From a virus: a DNA stretch of 64,000 nucleotides. Below the pieces are notes generated by a model. It was not told the DNA's origin and searched no databases. It was given only the letters and a program-made list of their open reading frames with translations. Shown one piece after another: positions 33,529 through 41,543 of the stretch. How positions within the stretch are numbered: the first letter of the stretch is position 1; every line of letters begins with the position of its first letter. The position numbers were made by a program, and so were the translations under genes. The DNA lies in IMG/VR virus record IMGVR_UViG_3300031949_000022, positions 8,397 through 72,396 of that record. The stretch is one strand, 5' to 3'.

Positions 33529-33710
33529 GACTCTCGCCTTTCCAGCTCCTGCAGCTCCTCGATTCCAGCCAGCAACACGTCGAGCTCAACGGCCCGGCGT
33601 GCACGCTCGACATCCTCGCCGGTCCGGGCCGCGCGGGCCTCGGCGAGCTCGGTCAAGAGCGCGTCGTACGTCGAGGGCAGGACGAGAATGGGGAAGGCGA
33701 TGGGATTCAT
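33525..33710 (-). CDS. Hypothetical small protein (61 aa)
   Basis: ORF track; overlapping stop/start on both sides. Confidence 0.45.
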   Translation of the reverse strand: MNPIAFPILVLPSTYDALLTELAEARAARTGEDVERARRAVELDVLLAGIEELQELERRES

Positions 33711-33976
33711 GACCTCACCCTCCTCGCCTCGAACCCCAATGCCCCCAGCGTCTTTCCGAGTAGGTGCTTCACTACCCAGGCCTCGAGTTTGGCGGCCACT
33801 GCCTCGGGGGTCTTCCCGCGGTGGAAGGAATCACCGAACGGGGCGCATCCACCGGTGCATGGCAGTCCACCAGTGCCATCGATCAGGAACAGCAGCTTGC
33901 CAACCCGAAGCTTCCAGTCATCCCCGTCGCGTCGCATCCGGTGGCCGAAGATGGTCGGGACGGCGAGGGGCTTCAC
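33707..33976 (-). CDS. Hypothetical protein (89 aa)
   Basis: GTG 33976 in GTGA overlap with the Cro-like gene. Confidence 0.45.
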   Translation of the reverse strand: MKPLAVPTIFGHRMRRDGDDWKLRVGKLLFLIDGTGGLPCTGGCAPFGDSFHRGKTPEAVAAKLEAWVVKHLLGKTLGALGFEARRVRS

Positions 33977-34221
33977 GCGGCGTCCCCCGCGGGACTCTCC
34001 GATTCGGCGGGCTCGTCGACGGCGGGCTCGTCCCACCAGGTCCACGGGATCCCGAGTTCATCCTCGAGCGACTTCCTGTTCAGCCCATCTGGCTTCTGGT
34101 CACCCCGTCGCCAGCGCAGGACGACCGACGGGGAAGTTCCAAGCTCCGCGGCCAGGTCCTGTTGGGCCCCGCGCTTATCCAACAACCGGGCCAACCGACG
34201 CGACCCACGAGACTCTGCCAT
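33973..34221 (-). CDS. Cro-like HTH regulator (first gene of leftward operon)
   Basis: ORF track (82 aa). ...RLARLLDKRGAQQDLAAELGTSPSVVLRWRRG.... Divergent from the CI-like gene across an operator-containing gap. Confidence 0.65.
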   Translation of the reverse strand: MAESRGSRRLARLLDKRGAQQDLAAELGTSPSVVLRWRRGDQKPDGLNRKSLEDELGIPWTWWDEPAVDEPAESESPAGDAA

Positions 34222-34234
34222 GCGGCTGAGGCTG

Positions 34235-34264
34235 TTACTACTTAGTTACGTTGTCAAGTAGTAA
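34235..34264. promoter_or_regulatory. Operator-like 30-bp inverted repeat O1 (TTACTACTT-N12-AAGTAGTAA)
   Basis: Perfect 9-bp arms between the divergent Cro-like and CI-like genes. Homologous in reverse orientation to the element at 34857. Confidence 0.6.
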
Positions 34265-34278
34265 TCACACATCGGGGG

Positions 34279-34307
34279 TTGAATGCCGCATTACCAGTAG
34301 GGAAGAT
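34279..34307 (+). promoter_or_regulatory. Weak promoter-like element for CI-like gene (TTGAAT-N17-GAAGAT), GTG 6 nt after -10
   Basis: Same spacing as the other promoters here. The spacer contains the half-site-like TTACCAGTAG. Confidence 0.35.
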
Positions 34308-34313
34308 TGAAGG

Positions 34314-34670
34314 GTGCCACGCAAAAACGACCTCCCTCTGCCCGCTCAGTTACACACGTTCCCCGAGCGGCTGCGTCTTGCTCGACGGTGGGCCGGACTC
34401 GGAGTCAACGAACTCGGAACGAAGAGCGGTTCGAGCGGGGCCGTCATTAGCCGGGCCGAATCCGGTGATCGAATCCCGGAGACAGCCGTCATCGTCCGCA
34501 TAGCGGAGAAGCTCGGGGTCCGCGTTGGATGGCTCCTGTCCGGTGAAGAGCCGATGGTCCTGACGATCATCGCCGCTGAGGACAACGCCAGCGCCATCAA
34601 GGAAGCCCAGAAGCGCAACCCGGAGGGCAACGACTCCGAGCGTAGAGGACGGGGCCAGCGCCGCACGTAG
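34314..34670 (+). CDS. CI-like XRE-family repressor (no peptidase domain)
   Basis: ORF track (118 aa, GTG start). ...FPERLRLARRWAGLGVNELGTKSG.SGAVISRAESGDRIPE...IAEKLGVRVGWLL. Confidence 0.7.
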   Translation: MPRKNDLPLPAQLHTFPERLRLARRWAGLGVNELGTKSGSSGAVISRAESGDRIPETAVIVRIAEKLGVRVGWLLSGEEPMVLTIIAAEDNASAIKEAQKRNPEGNDSERRGRGQRRT

Positions 34671-34856
34671 GGAAGCGACGAAGCGCCTCGACCCATAGAC
34701 GGATGCGAGTTGCACCCGAGCCCAGAATAGCCTCGCCTCATACACGTCCCCGACGGCCTTCCTCACCAGCAACACACACCCACCCATGATGTAAGCCCTC
34801 CCGGTCCAGTTTTGGACCAAACGGCGGCCTGCGGAGAAACTTCAGGCTGCGGTCTG

Positions 34857-34886
34857 TTACCACTTGACAACGTTACCTCGTGGTAA
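34857..34886. promoter_or_regulatory. Operator-like 30-bp inverted repeat O2 (TTACCAC-N16-GTGGTAA)
   Basis: Shares the core ACTTGACAACGT.AC with the reverse complement of O1. Overlaps the rightward promoter. Confidence 0.55.
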
Positions 34887-34892
34887 TAGTCT
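34864..34892 (+). promoter_or_regulatory. Rightward early promoter (TTGACA-N17-TAGTCT), ATG 7 nt after -10
   Basis: Consensus -35, 17-nt spacer, TAnnnT -10. Precedes the 34900 ORF chain. Confidence 0.5.
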
Positions 34893-34899
34893 GCAAGAC

Positions 34900-35205
34900 A
34901 TGGCACCCCGCACCCCGCAGAGCTCACCCAGCGCCATCGCCATGCCTGGGGACTCGCCGATACCGGCTGGTTGGCACCAGCGCCAGGACGCGGCGGCTCG
35001 AGAGGAGCGGAGCCACCCCAGCCAGAGGAGACCAGCCGTGTCCGTCACCACGATGACGACCGCCCGCGCAATCCCCGGCGGCGTCGAGATCACCACTGTC
35101 ACTATCACCCGCGTCAGCGAGCCACCGCCCCGCCCCGTCCTCGAGACGACCGGGGAGGAAGTCACTGAGCACTGCCGCGTGATCGCGCTCCGGAGGGCGG
35201 CATGA
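34900..35205 (+). CDS. Hypothetical early protein (101 aa)
   Basis: ATG 34900 lies 7 nt after the predicted -10. High GC3 in this frame. The track ORF begins at TTG, which is the -35 box. Confidence 0.45.
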   Translation: MAPRTPQSSPSAIAMPGDSPIPAGWHQRQDAAAREERSHPSQRRPAVSVTTMTTARAIPGGVEITTVTITRVSEPPPRPVLETTGEEVTEHCRVIALRRAA

Positions 35206-35411
35206 CCTTCTGGCCCATCCTCGTGATGCTCGGTATTTCGCTGGCCATGAACGCGGTCGCTGTGTACCGAGCGCTGACTAGGCAGCACAGAATTGCATCC
35301 GCAAAGGCCGCGGAACGCCGACGGTGGCTCATCCGTAGGGGATGGACACCGATGTGCTTCCACGGAATCGAGACATTGATCCCGCCGCCACCGCCGCCGA
35401 GGGTCCAATGA
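35202..35411 (+). CDS. Small membrane protein (69 aa)
   Basis: ORF track; MTFWPILVMLGISLAMNAVAVY... TM helix; ATGA overlap. Confidence 0.5.
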   Translation: MTFWPILVMLGISLAMNAVAVYRALTRQHRIASAKAAERRRWLIRRGWTPMCFHGIETLIPPPPPPRVQ

Positions 35412-35524
35412 AGCTCACCCCCACCGACAAGCGCGAATCGAAGCGGGCGCGCCGCCAGCGCCGGGCCCGGGAGCGCGCCGAAGGCACCGCTCAGCGAGAC
35501 AGCCAAGGGAGGCACATCCGATGA
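35408..35524 (+). CDS. Very basic small protein (38 aa)
   Basis: ATGA overlaps at both ends. MKLTPTDKRESKRARRQRRARERAEG.... Confidence 0.35.
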   Translation: MKLTPTDKRESKRARRQRRARERAEGTAQRDSQGRHIR

Positions 35525-35808
35525 GCCGCCCCGCACCCGAGCCCGTACCCTGCCGCCCCGCGAAGCGGAGCGCCGTCCGCACCGACGACCTCCGCGCAGC
35601 TTCCGCGCTGGCTGTCGTGTGCGGGGCAGACGCGAATCTCGACCGCTGGACCGAGGACAACCCGGGGCCCGCGCTCAGAATTGCGGCCCTCACGATCGCG
35701 AAGTGGCAGGGCGACGACCTGACTGCCGAGCTGTCGCGACGGCTGCGCGTGGCATCAGCACACGGAGCACTGACCGCCATCGAGGCGTTCGAGCGGGGGG
35801 CAGCGTGA
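35521..35808 (+). CDS. Hypothetical early protein (95 aa)
   Basis: ORF track; ATGA overlap. Confidence 0.5.
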   Translation: MSRPAPEPVPCRPAKRSAVRTDDLRAASALAVVCGADANLDRWTEDNPGPALRIAALTIAKWQGDDLTAELSRRLRVASAHGALTAIEAFERGAA

Positions 35809-35993
35809 CCTCCGCACAGGCCGTTCGCCTCCAGGTGCTGACGGTCGCCGCGCGCCTCGGCGTGCCTCTGGAAACGGTGGAGTCGTGGCCGCAGGAGAGC
35901 CACGGGATGACCACGATCGACGGCGTCCACCACCGATTGGTCGAAGACACCCGCGACACCGACCGGTGCCCGCCACCGTGGGAGGAGTCATGA
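35805..35993 (+). CDS. Hypothetical early protein (62 aa), HTH-like
   Basis: GTGA overlap start. VTSAQAVRLQVLTVAARLGVPLETVESW.... Confidence 0.45.
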   Translation: MTSAQAVRLQVLTVAARLGVPLETVESWPQESHGMTTIDGVHHRLVEDTRDTDRCPPPWEES

Positions 35994-36424
35994 TCCCGCG
36001 ACCCTCAACAACACACCGTCGCCCTACTGGTTTCGAGGTGCACGAGCATTGGTATATCACGGGCCAAAAGGCACGAATCAGCGGTTCCAGATTGAATCAC
36101 TCGCACGCAGGAGGGAATCTCCCGCACGTTCACGAGGACGAGATCCAACGAACTGGTCCGGGAGCCTATACGATCGACAGGGACGCTTGGATGCGCGAAA
36201 CTGGGTTGCGCGGTGGGGGTCGAAAGAGATTCACCAGTAAGCCCACTGGTGAGCAACTTCCGATTGTTGCTGTCAGCCCACCGCAAATCGATGTCGTAAT
36301 CGTGGGGGATGGCGGCGCAGCTATTGCGGGTGCTGCACAGGGTCCTGGAACCGCGCCCATCGTCAGATTGTGCCTGGGCATGCTGGCTGAAGTAGCGAGC
36401 GTCAAACAGGTGGCGGCATGCTGA
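35990..36424 (+). CDS. Hypothetical early protein with His-rich segment (144 aa)
   Basis: ATGA overlap start. ...EVHEHWY...NHSHAGGNLPHVHEDE.... Locally lower GC. Confidence 0.5.
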   Translation: MIPRPSTTHRRPTGFEVHEHWYITGQKARISGSRLNHSHAGGNLPHVHEDEIQRTGPGAYTIDRDAWMRETGLRGGGRKRFTSKPTGEQLPIVAVSPPQIDVVIVGDGGAAIAGAAQGPGTAPIVRLCLGMLAEVASVKQVAAC

Positions 36425-36696
36425 TTGACGGAGGCCTCGTGGTCACGATCGCGCCGGAGCAGGAGCCGCAGGCCTGGGCAGATCCGGTGGATGGTGTCGT
36501 GCTCGATCTCGACGACGACCTGCGGGTCTTCGTGACCATGGCGCAGGCGGGAATTCTTTGGGCCGCTCTGGACGACCTGTTGGCATCCAAGATCCTGTCT
36601 ACACCACCCGCGGACGACCGCGACCCGGACGACGACGACGACCCCGACGACCGCGACCCGACGGTCAACGAGCTGCTGGACCGAGGGGGGGTATGA
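36418..36696 (+). CDS. Acidic hypothetical protein (92 aa)
   Basis: ORF track; Asp/Pro-rich C-terminus. Confidence 0.5.
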   Translation: MLIDGGLVVTIAPEQEPQAWADPVDGVVLDLDDDLRVFVTMAQAGILWAALDDLLASKILSTPPADDRDPDDDDDPDDRDPTVNELLDRGGV

Positions 36697-36950
36697 AAAA
36701 AGACTCGAGGCCGACTTCGGTCGGCGCGCATGCGGGGGACTACAGCCCCAACGCCTGTAGTGCTGATGGCGCGGCGGCGATCCCGCGCTCGGAGAACGTC
36801 GGAAACCGAAACGCTACCCAAACTGCCCGCCGTGCAGACGTGCACACAACGACGGAGGCCGCGGTCTCTGTCGGGGTGGGTGCAAGTAGAAGATGTGACA
36901 GCCGGGAGAGACCGGCAATTCCCCGCGAGCTGGACCGAGGTGGGATGTGA
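36693..36950 (+). CDS. Possible small protein (85 aa)
   Basis: ATGA overlap at start and GTGA overlap at end; GC3 only moderate. Confidence 0.35.
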   Translation: MKKDSRPTSVGAHAGDYSPNACSADGAAAIPRSENVGNRNATQTARRADVHTTTEAAVSVGVGASRRCDSRERPAIPRELDRGGM

Positions 36951-37207
36951 ACACTCAATCAAGATCGATGACAGTATCCTACTTCGTCGACGACAAAGAG
37001 GCGTTGAACGGCGTAGTTCGCCACGACAAGAATGGACCGTACTCCGTGCTCGAAATTGGCGAGGTGACGTTCTTCGGATTCTCGTCCGACCAGCTCGAAG
37101 AACTCGCGGTCCAGTGCCGACAGACAGCTTCGGCTCTGAGGCGTGCACAGCAGGAGATCCATCGGGACCGCGATGACGCCATGGTTGAGGCGCGAGGTGA
37201 GCTGTGA
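36947..37207 (+). CDS. Hypothetical early protein (86 aa)
   Basis: ORF track; alternative ATG at 36968. Confidence 0.55.
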   Translation: MNTQSRSMTVSYFVDDKEALNGVVRHDKNGPYSVLEIGEVTFFGFSSDQLEELAVQCRQTASALRRAQQEIHRDRDDAMVEARGEL

Positions 37208-37815
37208 CCGACCCAATCCTAGCCTGGCATTTCCTCCCTGCCGACCGTCGCCTCGCCAACGGCGACGGACGCCTAGTCACACCAGGATCTCGTCTGACTG
37301 TCTACGGGTCCATCGTGCTGTGTGAACACGAACTGCACGCAAGCGTCCGAGCAATCGACGCTCTAAGCGTCCGAGCAATCGACGCTCTCCAGTATGCGTC
37401 TGGACCCATCATCTGCCGGGTCGTCGTCGACGGCGTTGTATCCGGAGACGACCAGATCGCTGGAACGTCACGTCGTTGCCTGTGGCTCGTTGATGGCACT
37501 CGATTGCTGCGCGAGTTTGCGTGCTGCTGTGCACGCCAAGCGTTGGCGCTAAGCGCCTATCCTGACCCGCGTAGCTTTGCAGCAATCGACGTCGCCGAGC
37601 GGTTCGCTCGCGGCGAAGCTACGAGCGAAGAGCTGTTCGCCGCCAGTGCCGTCGCCAGTGTCGTCGCCAGTGCCGCAGCCTGGGCCGCCACCAGGGCCGA
37701 CGCCTGGGCCGCCGCCGGGGCCGCCGCTTGGGACACCGCCGGGGACGCACAGAATACCGAACTCGAGCGTCGGATCAGAGCCGCGCATCGGGCGCAGTGC
37801 GGAGGTGAGCTGTGA
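37204..37815 (+). CDS. Hypothetical protein with in-frame 8-aa tandem duplication and Ala/Trp-rich C-terminal repeats
   Basis: ORF track (203 aa). ...LHASVRAIDALSVRAIDALQYA... and ...AAAWAATRADAWAAAGAAAWDTAGDA.... Confidence 0.6.
   Translation: MTDPILAWHFLPADRRLANGDGRLVTPGSRLTVYGSIVLCEHELHASVRAIDALSVRAIDALQYASGPIICRVVVDGVVSGDDQIAGTSRRCLWLVDGTRLLREFACCCARQALALSAYPDPRSFAAIDVAERFARGEATSEELFAASAVASVVASAAAWAATRADAWAAAGAAAWDTAGDAQNTELERRIRAAHRAQCGGEL
37342..37389 (+). repeat. Tandem duplication of a 24-bp unit (AGCGTCCGAGCAATCGACGCTCT + A/C), identical except the last base
   Basis: Read directly; duplicates SVRAIDAL in frame. Confidence 0.85.
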
Positions 37816-38285
37816 GCCTATTTCTCTCCGAGGCCGCCCGGCAACTCGAGGCGGAGCGAGATGCGATGATGGCCGAAAATGAAGAGCTCGACGGGCGTCG
37901 ACTGGATGAGGTCGAAAACCGCGCACGGGCTGAAACAGAGCGCGACGCCGCCCGAGAGGACGTTGGCGCCCTACAGGTCATCGTCCGCGGCCTGACCGAG
38001 GAGCGCGATCAGCTGCGGGAGCGGATCGCGTCCCTCGAGGCCGAGGCGGATCGTTACCATGTCGAACGCGACGACGCAGTTGGTCAGCTTCTGAAATTAC
38101 GAGCAGAACGCGACGCGGCCCGCGTCGAGACAGTCCGCTCCGGCCAGCGCCTCACCCGCATCCGGACCGTGGCGAGGATGGCAGAGCAGTTCATCGGAAC
38201 TCGTGTGGACTGTTCACCCGGATGCGACTGTGTAGAGTGCTGCCTGCGGGCGGCCATCTACCAGCTCGAGGAAGGGGACGTCTGA
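37812..38285 (+). CDS. Coiled-coil protein with C-terminal Cys cluster (157 aa)
   Basis: ORF track; ...CSPGCDCVECC.... Confidence 0.55.
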   Translation: MSLFLSEAARQLEAERDAMMAENEELDGRRLDEVENRARAETERDAAREDVGALQVIVRGLTEERDQLRERIASLEAEADRYHVERDDAVGQLLKLRAERDAARVETVRSGQRLTRIRTVARMAEQFIGTRVDCSPGCDCVECCLRAAIYQLEEGDV

Positions 38286-38497
38286 TGGCTGTCGTACTCA
38301 GGGATCCGTGTGAATGGGATCCTCTCAATGACCGGCTCAACGAAGGGATCATGATGAGCGACGGAACCTGGACAGCAATGCAAGGGTGCCGTCACGAGGC
38401 CGACGTGATGGTAGGCAGAGATGGGCTGCGACTTTGCAGATCGTGCGCTCTGCTCCCACGTTTCCGTAGGTTCCGGATCCGGAAGGAGATCCGCTGA
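38285..38497 (+). CDS. Small Cys-containing protein (70 aa)
   Basis: TGATG overlap start. MAVVLRDPCEWDPLNDR.... Confidence 0.5.
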   Translation: MAVVLRDPCEWDPLNDRLNEGIMMSDGTWTAMQGCRHEADVMVGRDGLRLCRSCALLPRFRRFRIRKEIR

Positions 38498-38643
38498 TGT
38501 TCCGCCGCTACCCGACCCACCAGATGGTCAACTATTGCGACTGGGCCAGCTGGTACTTCGCCACCGGATACCCCGGCATGGCCGCACTGCTGGTGCGGTG
38601 CTCCGCACACTTGATCGAGCGCTGCTACAGGGAGGCGTGTTGA
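38497..38643 (+). CDS. Small Cys/Trp/Tyr-rich protein (48 aa)
   Basis: Hand translation MFRRYPTHQMVNYCDWASWYFATGYPGM...; TGATG overlaps at both ends. Confidence 0.4.
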   Translation: MFRRYPTHQMVNYCDWASWYFATGYPGMAALLVRCSAHLIERCYREAC

Positions 38644-38852
38644 TGCCGGCTATAATCGACTACTACGTCACGGTCTGCAAGGAATGCAGGACAGCGTCCT
38701 GCTGGCATGGCGAATTCATGTGCCAGAAGGCACAGCATGCCGACGTTGTCGATGTGCTAGCCAGCGTGCTGTGTGCCGAGAACAGGGAGCACCCCGAGAA
38801 CTACTCACGCGAGAAGCTGCTCGATGTGTGCGGTGTGGTGAGGGACGCCTGA
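38643..38852 (+). CDS. Small Cys-rich protein (69 aa)
   Basis: MPAIIDYYVTVCKECRTASCWHGEFMCQK...; overlap-coupled. Confidence 0.5.
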   Translation: MPAIIDYYVTVCKECRTASCWHGEFMCQKAQHADVVDVLASVLCAENREHPENYSREKLLDVCGVVRDA

Positions 38853-39073
38853 TGCCGACCATCAAGTTGACCTACACGGAACCAGAGCACGCCGAGCTCG
38901 AGACCGAGGCCAAGCGACAGGGCAAGACCCTGTACCAATTCGTCTGGTCGACTCCGCTGTTGGTCGCGCGAGCACAGGCGGAGCTCACCAAGATGGAGTC
39001 GATCAAGCGGTCGAGCATCATTAGCACTCAGTGGCCGCGCAACAGCTCAATCGAGCCGGGTGCGGACAAGTGA
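38852..39073 (+). CDS. Hypothetical protein (73 aa)
   Basis: MPTIKLTYTEPEHAELETEAKRQGKTLYQF...; overlap-coupled. Confidence 0.5.
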   Translation: MPTIKLTYTEPEHAELETEAKRQGKTLYQFVWSTPLLVARAQAELTKMESIKRSSIISTQWPRNSSIEPGADK

Positions 39074-39375
39074 CGACTCAACTCACCTGGGCCCAGCGTG
39101 CACGCAACTGGTCGCTACGATGCAGCGTCACGCTCCCAGGCTGCCCGTGGGCAATGCGGCTCATCGAGCGCAAGACCGACGACGACGTCAAGCGAGACGT
39201 CTTGCTCGTTCAGGCCGGACTGATGGGCGCGATCGCGGAGCTGTGCGGAGTCTGTCCCGTCAACCGGAGCCGGGTTGATGAGCTGCTCGAGCGAACACGC
39301 GAGGCTGAGCTGCTACTGTTTCAGATCGAGCGCCGGCGCGAGAATCGGTATCCGACGAACATGACCCCGGTGTGA
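39070..39375 (+). CDS. Hypothetical protein (101 aa)
   Basis: GTGA overlap start; ORF-track frame. Confidence 0.5.
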   Translation: MTTQLTWAQRARNWSLRCSVTLPGCPWAMRLIERKTDDDVKRDVLLVQAGLMGAIAELCGVCPVNRSRVDELLERTREAELLLFQIERRRENRYPTNMTPV

Positions 39376-39402
39376 GTCGGGAAAAGCAGTAGGACAAGTC
39401 CA

Positions 39403-40479
39403 ATGACCATCCACATCCGCGCCTCATCGACTCCGCAGATCATGCGCTGCGCCGGCAGCCTCTACCCGGAGCCCAGCGAGCTACTGATCGACCAGGACAG
39501 CGACGCGGCCGACATGGGCACCGCGGCGCACGCGGCGGCGGCAGTGCTCGTCCAGAGCGGCAGCATTCCGTGGGACACGCTCCCGGACGACGCCGAGCTT
39601 AGGATGCTGTGCGCTCTGGCGACCAAGCTTTGGCGCCGGGTCGAAGCGTCGTATCCGAACGCGATGACCGAGGTCTCTCTGCGCTACGAGACCGGCGGCA
39701 TCGTCGTCACCGGGCACGCCGACATTCTGTCGATCGGTGGATCGATCGCGAGGCTTGCAGACTGGAAGTACGGCCGAAAAGACTCAGACTACTCCGCTCA
39801 GCTGAAGACCTACGCGGCTCTCGTCCTCTACCAGCACCCCGAACTGACGCAGGCCACGAGTACGATCCTGTGGGTCCGCGACCAGGAGATCGAGAGCTAC
39901 ACGATGGGCCAGCGTGAAGCCCGCGAATGGCTGGAAGAACTAGCCTCGTCGGTCATCGACTGGAACGGCGTCTACACCACCGGATCGCACTGCCAGTGGT
40001 GCCAGCGGACAGCGTCGTGCCCTGCATCTCGCGCGATGGTGCGGCGCTCAGTCGAGGCCTTCGTGCCGGGCAACGCGGCGGACCAGCTCGCGGCCATGAC
40101 GCCCGACCAAGTGATCTCCCTACTCGACACAGCCAAGCTGGTCGAGCGGTACGCGAAGGCTGCGCAGCAGGTGGTCCGAGACCTCGTGGTTGCCACCGGC
40201 GACGTCGTCGGCTCGGGGCATCGGCTCACGCTCGAGGCAACGCATCCCCGGGAACTCGACCCACTGAAGGCGTTCCCTGTGCTAGAATCAATAGGGTTCG
40301 GGGACATGGAGCTCGCCCAGTGCGTGGACGTTAGCCTCAGCAAAGCCGAGGACATCGTGCGGAAGCGGGCCCAGCGAGGGCAGGGCGCTGCGTCCGTACG
40401 TGAGCTCGTTACTGCCCTCGATGATGCGGGGGCAATCACCAGGAAGACAAGCTACCGACTCGTGAGCAAACGAGTCTAG
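39403..40479 (+). CDS. Cas4/RecB-like PD-(D/E)XK exonuclease (DUF2800-type)
   Basis: ORF track (358 aa). ...GHADILS...LADWKYGRKD...QLKTYA.... N-terminal Cys plus C-x2-C-x5-C (HCQWCQRTASC) Fe-S pattern. Confidence 0.75.
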   Translation: MTIHIRASSTPQIMRCAGSLYPEPSELLIDQDSDAADMGTAAHAAAAVLVQSGSIPWDTLPDDAELRMLCALATKLWRRVEASYPNAMTEVSLRYETGGIVVTGHADILSIGGSIARLADWKYGRKDSDYSAQLKTYAALVLYQHPELTQATSTILWVRDQEIESYTMGQREAREWLEELASSVIDWNGVYTTGSHCQWCQRTASCPASRAMVRRSVEAFVPGNAADQLAAMTPDQVISLLDTAKLVERYAKAAQQVVRDLVVATGDVVGSGHRLTLEATHPRELDPLKAFPVLESIGFGDMELAQCVDVSLSKAEDIVRKRAQRGQGAASVRELVTALDDAGAITRKTSYRLVSKRV

Positions 40480-40490
40480 GAGGACAGCGA

Positions 40491-41342
40491 ATGGCAACCG
40501 ACAAGCTATCGACCGTAGACCAAGCGACCAAAGACATCGAGGTCGTGCTCGAGCAGTGCAACGCGGCGGCGCTGCGCGAAATGCCAGTGCTCCGTCAAGC
40601 GGTCATCTTGGCCACCGGCGTCACGCAGATCCGTCGCTGCCTGACCGACGACATCATGCGCTCTGTGTTCATGCCGCTGCAGGGGTCTGCGCTCGGGTTC
40701 GTGACCGACAAGGATCGCGACGGAGGCTATGACCTGCCGACCGTGCGTAACGTCGTCGTCGAAGCGCTGATCCACGGGTTCTATCCGGTCGGAAACGAGA
40801 TCAACATCATCGCTGGTAGGATGTACGGGGCCAAGAACGGGTTCGCGCGGAAGGTGCGAGAGTTCGAGGGGTTGTCCGATCTGATCATCACACCCGGCGT
40901 CCCCGTGATGAAAGACGGCGGAGCGATCGTGCCGATGCGCGCGACGTGGATGGTCTCAGGTAAACCGTACACCATGATCCGTGATGTCACCAAGACCGCC
41001 GACGGGACCGTGCACGACAGCCGGATACCGGTCAAGGTCAACTCCGGGATGGGCGTTGACGCCGTGATCGGGAAGGCAACCCGAAAGATGCTGAAGTCGA
41101 TCTACGACATGCTGAGCGGGTCAGTCCTGACCATCGAGGACGGCGAGATCGGAGAGGTAATCACGGCCGAAGGTGTCTCGGTGAACACGGAAGCGTCCCC
41201 GGCGCCTGCAGATCCCGAGCAGGACGGGCGCCGAATCAAGCTCGGTAAGAAGGCAGAGAAGAGCGGAGTGGAGACGCTATCTGAGTCCATTCCGTACGGC
41301 AACGGCAGCCCCGCGGAGACTCGTCAACCGGGTGAGGACTGA
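40491..41342 (+). CDS. Single-strand annealing protein-like (RecT-like, tentative)
   Basis: ORF track (283 aa). Position next to the exonuclease; no firm motif. Confidence 0.5.
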   Translation: MATDKLSTVDQATKDIEVVLEQCNAAALREMPVLRQAVILATGVTQIRRCLTDDIMRSVFMPLQGSALGFVTDKDRDGGYDLPTVRNVVVEALIHGFYPVGNEINIIAGRMYGAKNGFARKVREFEGLSDLIITPGVPVMKDGGAIVPMRATWMVSGKPYTMIRDVTKTADGTVHDSRIPVKVNSGMGVDAVIGKATRKMLKSIYDMLSGSVLTIEDGEIGEVITAEGVSVNTEASPAPADPEQDGRRIKLGKKAEKSGVETLSESIPYGNGSPAETRQPGED

Positions 41343-41543
41343 CCCCAACCCCCATGCCCCTCCCCCGTGGAACCAGAGCACCTGAGCCTCCAGCCCGCCT
41401 CTCCGGCTGCGCTTGGTGCTCTGGTCTTGCGGGGGAGCGTCATGACCTGCGCGCAGAGCTATCAGCGAGAGCACCGGGCGTCCTCCCCCGCGACCGTGCC
41501 CGTTGATAGCTTTGCTCGTGGTCATGATCACAAGGAGGACAAC

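Noticed and set aside
34350-34820. Minus-strand ORFs (131 and 156 aa) opposite the CI-like gene and the following gap
   Set aside because: They are antisense to a well-supported HTH repressor and have poor composition. The gap 34671-34856 has no convincing ORF on either strand.
36710-36725. GCCGAC-TTCG-GTCGGC tetraloop hairpin next to an A6 run, considered as an intrinsic terminator
   Set aside because: The T-tract would follow the stem only on the minus strand, whereas all genes here are plus-strand. It also lies within a possible ORF and is kept only as an unexplained hairpin.
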